The position numbers and the translations under genes were made by a program. The notes beneath the pieces are model-generated. The model was given only the letters and a program-made list of their open reading frames with translations, did no database searches and was not told where the DNA came from. From a bacterium (GTDB lineage: Bacteria > Patescibacteriota > Microgenomatia > UBA8517): a DNA stretch of 64,000 nt. Each line of letters begins with the position of its first letter. The stretch's first letter is position 1. Below, one piece after another: positions 41,669 to 50,175 of the stretch. The DNA is taken from positions 75-64,074 of the forward strand of contig CP129472.1 of NCBI GenBank assembly GCA_030583725.1. The letters run 5' to 3'.

Positions 41669-42121
41669 ATGAACAACAAAACAAAAAAAGGTTTTACCTT
41701 AGTCGAATTACTGGTCGTAGTTTCTTTAATTGGAGTTTTGGCAACTTTAGTTATTGCAAATATGAACTCAGCCAGAGAAAGGGCTAGAGATACTCAAAGA
41801 AAATCAGATTTTAGGAATATCCAAACAGCATTAAGGCTTTATTACAATGATAATGGAGGCTATCCAACCAGTAGTACAGATAATATTGTTGGCTGCGATG
41901 GTAATTGTGTATGGGGAGAGTCTTGGGTGAATGATGACGTGACTTATATGAACATATTGCCTGATGATCCCCTATCAAACCAGATATATAAATATACCTA
42001 TATAGATGATGATGATTATATACTTGAGGCTTGTCTTGAAAATGTCAGTGATGACAAAGGAATTGCAACCACTGACCTGGATTGGTGCCCGACTGGTTGG
42101 AAGTATGAAGTAAAACCATAA
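41669..42121 (+). CDS. Type IV pilin / GspG-like pseudopilin
   Basis: MNNKTKKG|FTLVELLVVVSLIGVLA...RARDTQRKSDFRNIQTALRLYYNDNGGYP. Confidence 0.75.
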   Translation: MNNKTKKGFTLVELLVVVSLIGVLATLVIANMNSARERARDTQRKSDFRNIQTALRLYYNDNGGYPTSSTDNIVGCDGNCVWGESWVNDDVTYMNILPDDPLSNQIYKYTYIDDDDYILEACLENVSDDKGIATTDLDWCPTGWKYEVKP

Positions 42122-42594
42122 TGAAAAAAACATTAACAACCAAAAATAAAATACAACAAATGGGTTTTACATTAGTAGAGATGCTTGTCGTCATCTCTTT
42201 AATAGGAATTTTGGCTGCCTTAGCACTTGTTTCATTTGGGTCATCTCAAAAACAAGCAAGAGATTCACAAAGAAAGTCTGATTTGAAACAATTTCAGACA
42301 ACAATTGAAAATTATGCGAGTCTAAATTCTGGACTTTATCCTGTTTACACAACTACGTTACAAATCGACTCTTCTGATAGTAATTTTTGTACCGATGAAT
42401 TAAATTTAACATCTTGCCCAATAGATCCTAAAAACACTGAGAATTTAGTTTATAAATACGTTTCAAATGCCACAGGAACCAGTTTTGTTCTCTGGACAGG
42501 TCTTGAAAATAAGGAAGTGTTTTGGGTAATTTGTAGTAGTGGTAGAAATGGAGAAAGTGATATTGCACCAAGTTCTAGTACCTGTCCTATCTAA
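42121..42594 (+). CDS. Type IV pilin / GspG-like pseudopilin
   Basis: QQMG|FTLVEMLVVISLIGILAA...QARDSQRKSDLKQFQTTIENY. TAATG overlap with the previous gene. Confidence 0.75.
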   Translation: MKKTLTTKNKIQQMGFTLVEMLVVISLIGILAALALVSFGSSQKQARDSQRKSDLKQFQTTIENYASLNSGLYPVYTTTLQIDSSDSNFCTDELNLTSCPIDPKNTENLVYKYVSNATGTSFVLWTGLENKEVFWVICSSGRNGESDIAPSSSTCPI

Positions 42595-42605
42595 ATTTTT
42601 TAATT

Positions 42606-43061
42606 ATGAATAAAAATGACAATTTTCGTTTGAAATCCAAAGGTTTTACCCTCATTGAGCTGTTGGTTGTTATATCAATTATTGGGATAGTTGTGGCAAT
42701 ATCAATTTTTGGACTATCAGGAGCTCGTGAATCTGCAAGAGACGCAAGGAGAAAGTCAGACCTTGAACTTATTAAATCTGGACTTGAAATATATAGAGCT
42801 GATTGTAATGCATATCCTGCCAATTTAAATACCTCCCCTCTTATTGGTACTGGAACACCTTCAAGTTGTGCTGTTTCAAATACGTACATTGAACTAATAC
42901 CTGAGGACCCAATTCCAGAGTCTAAAACATATAGATATGCTACAACGGCAAGTGGATATGAGCTTTGTGCTTCATTGGAACAGTCAGGATTGACTACAGT
43001 GACCTGTGGTGGCTCTTCAGACTGTGGTACCAGTTGTAATTATAGAGTGACAAATCCATGA
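42606..43061 (+). CDS. Type IV pilin / GspG-like pseudopilin
   Basis: KSKG|FTLIELLVVISIIGIVVA...SARDARRKSDLELIKSGLEIYRAD. Confidence 0.75.
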   Translation: MNKNDNFRLKSKGFTLIELLVVISIIGIVVAISIFGLSGARESARDARRKSDLELIKSGLEIYRADCNAYPANLNTSPLIGTGTPSSCAVSNTYIELIPEDPIPESKTYRYATTASGYELCASLEQSGLTTVTCGGSSDCGTSCNYRVTNP

Positions 43062-43528
43062 TTAAAAAAAACATAGGAAACAGTGGTTACACATTAATTG
43101 AACTTTTGGTTGGAATATCAATAATAGGTATTGTTTTTAGTATTGGTCTTGCAGGTTACAGAGAATTTTCAAGAAGACAGGAGTTGGTGGGGGTTATAAA
43201 AAGGATTGTTGCTGACTTAAGACTTTCCCAACAACTTGCAATTGGAGGTCAAAAACCAGAGGGTGAAGTTTGTAATGTTTTGGATGGCTACAGTTTCTCA
43301 AGAATCAGCCAAACAGAATATAATTTAATTGCCAATTGTTCAAATGCCAATCATATTATTAAGGTTGTTGAGTTACCTAGTAATGTAAGTTTAACCCAAG
43401 GTTCAGTAATGTTTAAAGCTTTGGGACAAGGCACTAATCTTGAGGAAAACTTAACTTTTACGGTTACAAATGTAGTTAGTAGCAGTACTGGTACTGTAAC
43501 AATTGGAGTAGGAGGAAATGTTGAATAA
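43058..43528 (+). CDS. Prepilin-type minor pilin (GspH/PilE-like)
   Basis: GNSG|YTLIELLVGISIIGIVF. ATGA overlap with the previous gene. Confidence 0.65.
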   Translation: MIKKNIGNSGYTLIELLVGISIIGIVFSIGLAGYREFSRRQELVGVIKRIVADLRLSQQLAIGGQKPEGEVCNVLDGYSFSRISQTEYNLIANCSNANHIIKVVELPSNVSLTQGSVMFKALGQGTNLEENLTFTVTNVVSSSTGTVTIGVGGNVE

Positions 43529-43964
43529 TAATCGAGGCCAATCAATGTTTGAAGTTGTGTTGGCTTTATTTATTATAACTATGATTATTGTAGCTGTTGT
43601 TATACTTTCAACTAATTCGATATCAAACTCACTTTTTTCAAAAAATAAAACACTTGCTGGTAGGTATTCACAGGAGGCGGTAGAGTGGCTAAGGTCAGAA
43701 AGAGAAAGTAATTTCAATAATTTTTCAGCATATGCAGATCTTCCAACATATTGTCTAGACAGTCTTAGCTTTTTAAATACTGGTTTGTGTAGTGAAAGCG
43801 AAACAATATCAGATACTGTCTTTGAAAGAACACTTTACTTCACAAAACAAGTGTCATCAGGTAAAACTATAATTGATGCAACTGTGGTCACCACATGGAC
43901 TGATTCCAAAGGTGTGCACTCATCAAGATCAGTTACAAGTTTTAATGACATTCGTGAACGATGA
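43518..43964 (+). CDS. Prepilin-type minor pilin
   Basis: NNNRG|QSMFEVVLALFIITMIIVAV with Glu+5. Confidence 0.55.
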   Translation: MLNNNRGQSMFEVVLALFIITMIIVAVVILSTNSISNSLFSKNKTLAGRYSQEAVEWLRSERESNFNNFSAYADLPTYCLDSLSFLNTGLCSESETISDTVFERTLYFTKQVSSGKTIIDATVVTTWTDSKGVHSSRSVTSFNDIRER

Positions 43965-43991
43965 TGTGATCAATAGAAAAAAATAATAATT

Positions 43992-44486
43992 ATGAAGAAG
44001 AAATTAATCAAGGGTTTAAGTTTAGTTGAAATATTAATAGTAATTTCAATCTTTGCAGTTATTGGCCTACTTTCTACAAGATCTGTGTTTTTAACATTAA
44101 GAGGTGCTAAAAAAAGTGATTCATTAGTTCGTGTTCGTGAGAATATCAATTATTCACTTGCAGTTATGGAAAGACAGATAAGAAGTGCCCAAAGTGTAAC
44201 TTGCCCTAATTTATCACCTACGGTTTTAGATTATGTTTCTATTGAAGGTAGCCAAACCTCATTTTCATGTACTTTGACAGGAAGTGACAGATATATAGCT
44301 TCAGGGTCTGCCAGATTAACATCAAATGACGTTTCTTTATTGTCTTGTAATTTTAGTTGTACACAGGATGACATAAATACACCACCTGTAGTTAGAATAC
44401 TGTTGGAGGCAACTGATTCTCAAATTACATCTGTTGAAGCAGGAACAGTTACTGCACAGACAGAAATAGTTTTGAGGAATTATTAA
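43992..44486 (+). CDS. Prepilin-type minor pilin (PilW/GspJ-like)
   Basis: MKKKLIKG|LSLVEILIVISIFAVIG with Glu+5. Confidence 0.6.
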   Translation: MKKKLIKGLSLVEILIVISIFAVIGLLSTRSVFLTLRGAKKSDSLVRVRENINYSLAVMERQIRSAQSVTCPNLSPTVLDYVSIEGSQTSFSCTLTGSDRYIASGSARLTSNDVSLLSCNFSCTQDDINTPPVVRILLEATDSQITSVEAGTVTAQTEIVLRNY

Positions 44487-45130
44487 GTCTTAAGCATAGC
44501 CAGTTGGTACTTTTTAACCTCATTTGTAATTACTGTTTTTGCTTCTTGCCATGAAAAATTGGGATCAAGTAACTTAATTGACCTTTTGGTTTCTTTACCT
44601 TCAGCATCATCATAATAAGTTAATGCACGTAGTATCAAATACTCATTAAAATTTTTGTACTTTCGATATGCGAAAGTCATCATCTCTTCAAGGCTAAAAT
44701 TATTTAATAAGTAAAAAATATCAATATAGTCCCTTTTTGCTGGTCTATGACTAACTGAGAGTAGTTTCATTGCTGCGATATCTTTTAGGCCTGCGAGATT
44801 TATGCCTATTTCTGTTTTTACCTTATCTATAAGAGGATACTGGTACCAAAAAAAAGAACATTCAACATCTTTTATTATTACAAATACCGTGTCTTTTTCT
44901 ATTAATGTCACTTTAGCGTCTGATCCAAAAACTTTACTTATTTTGTCTACTAGTTTGGCTGAGTCAAAATGTTTTTGAATAAAAAAGTCAAAATCTACTG
45001 ATGTTCTATGGCCAATTAATAAAGCAAGTGATGTCCCCCCTGCTAGATAGAATCCGTCGTTTGATAAAAATTTTAGCTTTGGCAAGACTTCTTGCTGGTT
45101 TTTATTCAAAATTGAAGTAAAAAATTTCAT
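44483..45130 (-). CDS. Nucleotidyltransferase AbiEii/AbiGii-like toxin family protein
   Basis: N-terminal FYLAGGTSLALLIGHRTSVDFDFF pattern typical of the AbiEii minimal nucleotidyltransferase fold. Convergent with the last pilin, with a 4-nt overlap. Confidence 0.55.
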   Translation of the reverse strand: MKFFTSILNKNQQEVLPKLKFLSNDGFYLAGGTSLALLIGHRTSVDFDFFIQKHFDSAKLVDKISKVFGSDAKVTLIEKDTVFVIIKDVECSFFWYQYPLIDKVKTEIGINLAGLKDIAAMKLLSVSHRPAKRDYIDIFYLLNNFSLEEMMTFAYRKYKNFNEYLILRALTYYDDAEGKETKRSIKLLDPNFSWQEAKTVITNEVKKYQLAMLKT

Positions 45131-45155
45131 AGTATTTAATACTGAATTTCATAAG

Positions 45156-45446
45156 TTAAGCCTCGAGGCTTATAATTGCCTTTTCAAATTTATTTTTTGA
45201 TAGGCTAATTTCAAATATATTCAACCAATACTTCAAGACACTACTCATCCAATATCCACGCAGGGGTGAGGCTACTGCATTTTTAATATCTCTCTTTGAA
45301 TAATTTTCTGTTAACCAGCGAAGAGCTTTACCATCCCCTTTATTTAATATCTCTGTAATAATTATCTCTCTGTCATTAACAATATCAAGTTGACTCAGAT
45401 CGTAAGAAGCTAAATATGGTTTTAAGTGTGAAGGTATGTTTGGCAT
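45156..45446 (-). CDS. Small hypothetical protein upstream of AbiEii-like gene (possible cognate partner/antitoxin)
   Basis: 96 aa, same strand, 25-nt gap to the toxin-like gene. No HTH recognised. Confidence 0.4.
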   Translation of the reverse strand: MPNIPSHLKPYLASYDLSQLDIVNDREIIITEILNKGDGKALRWLTENYSKRDIKNAVASPLRGYWMSSVLKYWLNIFEISLSKNKFEKAIISLEA

Positions 45447-45465
45447 ACAGTGTTATTATACCACA

Positions 45466-45506
45466 TTATGGTGCCACCTTAAGCCCATTTGGCCCTTTTG
45501 AATTGG
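45466..45506. repeat. Copy 1 of ~41-46 nt conserved element TTATGGTGCCACYTNNRGYCCATTTGRCYNNTTTNAAYTG
   Basis: Direct comparison with the copies at 47522 and 48049. Confidence 0.7.
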
Positions 45507-45744
45507 GAGCAAAACTATTCAATAATTCATGTTGTGCGTATAGGCGCAATATTTAATTAGTTCCTTGAACTTGAGGTTTTGTAATTGAATATTTTTCTTG
45601 TTTCTTATCTGTTAATTTATTGCCGGCTGGAGTGTTTAGATCTTTTATTGTAATGTTATCTCCTTTTCGCTGTGGAACAGAGATTTTCTCAAGATTTGGA
45701 TCAATAGGATTGTTTTTCTTTTCTATCATATTTGATATTGTATA

Positions 45745-46926
45745 TCACTTTATGAAATTTTGTATAATTGTTGAAAGTGCCACTGCATGAGGAAGATTAG
45801 AAAATGGCTTACTAATTATGAGGTTGTCGAGAATATATGATCTGTTTCTAAGTTCATTTGATCCTCTAAAACATTTATTAAATATTGAGGCGTAAACACT
45901 ATCGAAATCTAGATTAGGTTTTCTGTATATTTCTATTTCAAACAAAACCCTATGAAAGACTTTCAGAAATTCTCCGAAAATAGAATTATATACTTCGGTC
46001 GAAATTACCTTCAGAATATCCAATTCTATCTTTGTGGTTTGTAGTTCGTTAAAATATGAGCCCTTTTCCTCTGGTAAAATTTCATTTTTATAACATCCAA
46101 TACGATGAATTATATGAGATAATTCGTGAATAAGGTCAATTGACTGATGTTTTAAATTTTGATTTTTATCTATCTGCACCTTAAACCTATCAGTTTCTTT
46201 TATATAATTCGACTGTGAGAAGTCGCCAAATTCGATATCAACTTTTGATTTATACATACTAATAACAACGTTATTGCTTGACATATAATGTGTTACATCA
46301 CCTAAATTACCGAATGGAAAGTTTTTTAGATTACATAAAGAGCAATGATTTCCAAATTCGGAAAAAAAGTCTTTCTCTAGATTATTGTGTGTTGTATGAC
46401 TGTTACAAAATTCAATAACTTTATTATTATTTCTAATGAAATCCTTATAGACTGATTTAGGAATCTTATATAAATCCAGATAATAATCGACAAACACTTC
46501 GTATCCTTTTGCAAAGACTAACTCTTTCCTTTGCGCTATCAAGTTGGAAAATGATTCTTCAATTCTTTTGTACGGCAACCTAAATTTTTCCCAAACACCA
46601 CCTCTTTTTTCAGGTTGAGAACCCCAAATCTCATTTTGTAATTTAGTTCGAAGCTCGGGGTGGTAAGTAATAAAAAAATCCACAGATGCCTGGTAACTTG
46701 ATGGATTTATATTTTTAAATTCAACTTCTGCTCTATCGCGAACCTTTACATCGTATATCCAATTCCTAATATATAATTCTTCAGACATTAATTTTGGAGC
46801 TGCTAACTTTCTATATTTAATTCTTGCCTGTTTTGTAGATTCACTCACAAGGATATTCATGTCTATATTATATAAGGTAAATCGGAGAAAAGGTAATACG
46901 TGTGTATTTAAAGTGCTGGTGCACAC
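45745..46926 (-). CDS. Hypothetical protein with HExxH zinc-metallopeptidase motif
   Basis: LIHELSHIIHRIG. No other family assignment. N-terminal start uncertain. Confidence 0.45.
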   Translation of the reverse strand: MCTSTLNTHVLPFLRFTLYNIDMNILVSESTKQARIKYRKLAAPKLMSEELYIRNWIYDVKVRDRAEVEFKNINPSSYQASVDFFITYHPELRTKLQNEIWGSQPEKRGGVWEKFRLPYKRIEESFSNLIAQRKELVFAKGYEVFVDYYLDLYKIPKSVYKDFIRNNNKVIEFCNSHTTHNNLEKDFFSEFGNHCSLCNLKNFPFGNLGDVTHYMSSNNVVISMYKSKVDIEFGDFSQSNYIKETDRFKVQIDKNQNLKHQSIDLIHELSHIIHRIGCYKNEILPEEKGSYFNELQTTKIELDILKVISTEVYNSIFGEFLKVFHRVLFEIEIYRKPNLDFDSVYASIFNKCFRGSNELRNRSYILDNLIISKPFSNLPHAVALSTIIQNFIK

Positions 46927-46962
46927 CTTTTCTCCTTCCAGAAATCTATTTAATTGTTAGAA

Positions 46963-47214
46963 CTACCAACCGCCACCACCAAAATCTGGTGGAGGTACTC
47001 TGTCAGCATCTTGATTGCATCCACCACTACCGCCGCGACTGTAGTCACTTTCAATTCCTTGGTTGGAATTGATAGCGCCACCAGGGGTGTTGTGCAGATT
47101 TCCTTGCAGGTCTGGATACATGATCCGACCTCCTACGGGAATACCGCCTTGTGGAATTTGCTGGTCAGATTGATTGGCATCATTCGGATCGGGTAAACCA
47201 TTTGGTCCACTCAT
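46963..47214 (-). CDS. Small Gly/Pro/Asn-rich protein ending GGGGW
   Basis: 83-aa low-complexity ORF (GGIPVGGRIMYPDLQGNLHNTPGGAINSNQG...SRGGSGGCNQD...PPPDFGGGGW). No signal peptide. Could be a spurious ORF. Confidence 0.3.
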   Translation of the reverse strand: MSGPNGLPDPNDANQSDQQIPQGGIPVGGRIMYPDLQGNLHNTPGGAINSNQGIESDYSRGGSGGCNQDADRVPPPDFGGGGW

Positions 47215-47521
47215 GTGCCATTCTCCTTTTTGCGAAAAGTAAAATCCGCATACGTGCGGTCTGCGATGACTTAAATTTTTGGTGTTGTTACCAATTTTTA
47301 ATCAGTTCCAGTTTGACAACTCGGTTTGGATTTTTAAACCACGCACTATGTGGAATCCAGTGGTCGAAAATGGAATACAGATCTACTGAAGGTTTCAAAA
47401 CCTCAACTTAAGGATCTTCCTCGTGATGTTGTACATCACACCTAATTTAAAGGTGCAAGCAGAACTATATCAGAAATGATCAAATTGTCAATGAAGCTTT
47501 GATAGTTTAGCGTGGCTGAGT

Positions 47522-47567
47522 TTATGGTGCCACTTTAAGTCCATTTGACTGGTTTAAACTGAAGTTG
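47522..47567. repeat. Copy 2 of conserved ~45-nt element
   Basis: 14 nt downstream of the stop of minus-strand gene 47584-48015. Confidence 0.7.
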
Positions 47568-47583
47568 TTAACGCAAACTCAAC

Positions 47584-48015
47584 TTAAGCGCCAAAATCCA
47601 TTATAGGTAATCCAACATATTTTTGAATTGATTGAATATTATGTATTACTTTAATATTTTGCTTATCGTGAAAATCAAAATCTTTTTCGACTACTTTTTT
47701 AACTTTTTTAACATCTGTCTTTACAGATGTCATGTCTTTTTGTAATTTCTCTACACCATCTTTAAGTCCTGACACGTCAGTTTTAAGTCCTGACACGTCA
47801 GTTTTAAGTCCTGACACGTCAGTTTTAAGTCCTGACACGTCAGTTTTAAGTCCTGACACGTCAGTTTTAAGTTCTGACACGTCAGTTTTAAGTCCTGACA
47901 CGTCAGTTTTAAGTCCTGCTGTATCAGTTTTTAATATCTTTATATCAGATATAATTGGCTTCAGCTTAGTATCGAGTACTTCACTAATAGAATTTAGATC
48001 TTGTTTAGTTAACAT
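47584..48015 (-). CDS. Tandem heptad-repeat protein (LKTDVSG x about 9), coiled-coil-like
   Basis: Encoded by 8 tandem copies of a 21-bp unit. Flanking sequence is non-repetitive. Confidence 0.55.
   Translation of the reverse strand: MLTKQDLNSISEVLDTKLKPIISDIKILKTDTAGLKTDVSGLKTDVSELKTDVSGLKTDVSGLKTDVSGLKTDVSGLKTDVSGLKDGVEKLQKDMTSVKTDVKKVKKVVEKDFDFHDKQNIKVIHNIQSIQKYVGLPIMDFGA
47762..47929. repeat. Tandem repeat, 21-bp unit TTAAGTCCTGACACGTCAGTT x8 (6 perfect, 2 variant)
   Basis: Read directly from sequence. In-frame within CDS 47584-48015. Confidence 0.9.
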
Positions 48016-48048
48016 ATTTTAATAATACACTGTGTACAAAAGCTGTCA

Positions 48049-48093
48049 ATTATGGTGCCACTTCTGCCCATTTGGCCCTTTTGAATTGAAGTT
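48049..48093. repeat. Copy 3 of conserved ~45-nt element (forms the last 12 codons and stop of CDS 48050-49675)
   Basis: Reverse complement encodes ...LQFKRAKWAEVAP*. Confidence 0.7.
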
Positions 48094-49675
48094 GATTTGG
48101 GAAAAGCATCATTTGATCAGGTGCAAATTCAACAAGTTCTGCAGGAGTTGAGTTGTCTAGTAGTTCTCTTTCTAGCAATACACTACCATATGAGGCCAAG
48201 GATCCTCTTAAGTGCAGTTGTGTATCCCCTGCCCCTGTTGATATATTATTATCAGCCATATAAATTCCTTCAATCGCAGGACTACCACTAACTGCAGAAT
48301 CAATTGTTATATTTCCATTTACAAAGCTTGCAAAAAAACCAACTCCATCTGTTAGGTTTATATTACCGTTGATATTAAAGTTGCCTTCTTCAACAAACAA
48401 GACTACTTTTCTGGTAGTTATATCAATATCCCCCACAGTATCTAAGTTGCCAACAACCTTGTACCACTCATATCCATTTGAATCAACAACTACTCCCCCA
48501 CTTGGTAAGTCATTAATGTCATTAAAAACAATATCGTTAGGTATTAAATTTTCAAAATAACTATAATTAAATATTCTACTTAATGTTGAAGTAGTATTAG
48601 CATTCCAAATATTAACAGATATCCTTTCAGGAGTGTCTAAGTATAAATTAAGAGAAGTACCATAGACTGCAACACCTGAAAAACCACCTAAGCCATCACT
48701 TAAGAAATAATTACCAGCGGGAACTAAAGAACTTAATACCCCATTTGTTGTAACATCACCATCCATTACTTGCCACCATGGCTCGTTTGCAACAGGTGTT
48801 AAAAAACTATAATTTGTAGAAGAAGAACAACTTACACTTTGATAATTAACAATTTTTACAAAGTAAATGGTATCAGGAAGTAGGGGTGAAACAAAAGGAT
48901 AGAAGTCAGTACTACTTGCCAAATTTGCATTAACAGTACAACTAGTTCCTGTACCACAATTATTAGTTACATCGCTTTGCGTAGTTGAAACATATAAATT
49001 TTGAGACGCTCCATTAGTACCAGTTGTCCAAGTTAATAAATCATCACTAAAACTTACAGCAGAAGGTGCTGTGGTATTACAAGTAGAAAGACACTCATAG
49101 GTGTTGGCTGTGCGTCCGCTACATGTTGTAGTAGCAGGCCAACAATCCCATCTAATACAACTAGTTCTACCCGTATTTGGGTTGGTCCAATACTGTTCAC
49201 ATTCTCCACAACCTGCGGGTGTTGTTGTACATCCACACTCTGATCCTTCACTTTGTGCCGATCCTAGTTGAAACCATCCATTACAATGCCAGATCGAACC
49301 CTTACTTACACACTGTGAACCAATCAGATTATTTGTCTTTACTGTCCCCGAAGGACAGTTTACGACCCATGTGGGGTTGCATTGCGACTCACAACTTCTA
49401 CAACTCCCATTATTCGTCGTCCCGCACGGGCACGCGCTAGGGGGTGGAGTTGCACTACCACCACAGTTATCACCCCAAAGTGTGCAGGATGGTGATGAAC
49501 CACCAGAACAGTTGTCTGCTCCGCCACATGTACAATCACCACTTGCTTCTGAGCCACTTGAGGTTACACATATACAATCATCCAAACATTGAGCATTTAC
49601 ATCTTTTGTGGAAAAACCAAAAAGAAAAAAAATTGCAAAAATTAGAAATAATATAATTTTAAATATTTTTGACAT
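48050..49675 (-). CDS. Large secreted Cys-rich hypothetical protein
   Basis: Signal peptide (MSKIFKIILFLIFAIFFLFGFS). About 40 Cys in the N-terminal 200 aa. No domain recognised. Confidence 0.55.
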   Translation of the reverse strand: MSKIFKIILFLIFAIFFLFGFSTKDVNAQCLDDCICVTSSGSEASGDCTCGGADNCSGGSSPSCTLWGDNCGGSATPPPSACPCGTTNNGSCRSCESQCNPTWVVNCPSGTVKTNNLIGSQCVSKGSIWHCNGWFQLGSAQSEGSECGCTTTPAGCGECEQYWTNPNTGRTSCIRWDCWPATTTCSGRTANTYECLSTCNTTAPSAVSFSDDLLTWTTGTNGASQNLYVSTTQSDVTNNCGTGTSCTVNANLASSTDFYPFVSPLLPDTIYFVKIVNYQSVSCSSSTNYSFLTPVANEPWWQVMDGDVTTNGVLSSLVPAGNYFLSDGLGGFSGVAVYGTSLNLYLDTPERISVNIWNANTTSTLSRIFNYSYFENLIPNDIVFNDINDLPSGGVVVDSNGYEWYKVVGNLDTVGDIDITTRKVVLFVEEGNFNINGNINLTDGVGFFASFVNGNITIDSAVSGSPAIEGIYMADNNISTGAGDTQLHLRGSLASYGSVLLERELLDNSTPAELVEFAPDQMMLFPNQLQFKRAKWAEVAP

Positions 49676-50147
49676 ATATTGGTAATTTGAAAAAATTATT
49701 AAACTGATTTTGTTGTGTTACTTCTTCCTTTCCTTGATAGAATTGAATTACATTTAAAGTATATTCTTTAATTTGATGTTCTGCATCACTAGATCTTAAA
49801 ACATTTTCTGATACGTAAATATAAATCAAAACCTCGTTTAAACTTAATATGTCAATTGTTGATCCAAAGTCTATTTTTTGATTGTCATCTATATATTGAT
49901 AACTTGGTCTTACTTTGTCTGTATAGACTATCGCAATGGACTTGGGTTTAATTCCTTTAATTAAAAATTTGTTTAATTTTAAAGAAAAATTTAAGTAAAT
50001 ATCAAGAATTATAGGGTTCTTGTTTTCAATCCTCAAAGACCCAATTCTTGAGTTGAAAAAAACTGGCGTGGAAGTTAATTTTAAATAAAAAACAACTGAA
50101 GCCAAAAACAAAACAAACAAACTTGAAAAAATAATTAACTTTTTCAT
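49659..50147 (-). CDS. Hypothetical membrane-anchored protein
   Basis: N-terminal TM helix. 162 aa. Overlaps the downstream gene by 17 nt. Confidence 0.45.
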   Translation of the reverse strand: MKKLIIFSSLFVLFLASVVFYLKLTSTPVFFNSRIGSLRIENKNPIILDIYLNFSLKLNKFLIKGIKPKSIAIVYTDKVRPSYQYIDDNQKIDFGSTIDILSLNEVLIYIYVSENVLRSSDAEHQIKEYTLNVIQFYQGKEEVTQQNQFNNFFKLPIYVKNI

Positions 50148-50175
50148 TCTAATTAAAGACTACACTATTTTGAAG

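Noticed and set aside
47511-47520. GTGGCTGAG next to repeat copy 2, matching the tRNA-Leu 3' end (8041-8049), as an att site
   Set aside because: Only a 9-nt match. Expected by chance in 64 kb on two strands. No integrase adjacent.
47762-47929. 21-bp repeats as a CRISPR array
   Set aside because: Units are directly abutting with no spacers and lie in-frame inside a CDS. This is a tandem repeat, not CRISPR. No cas genes in the window.
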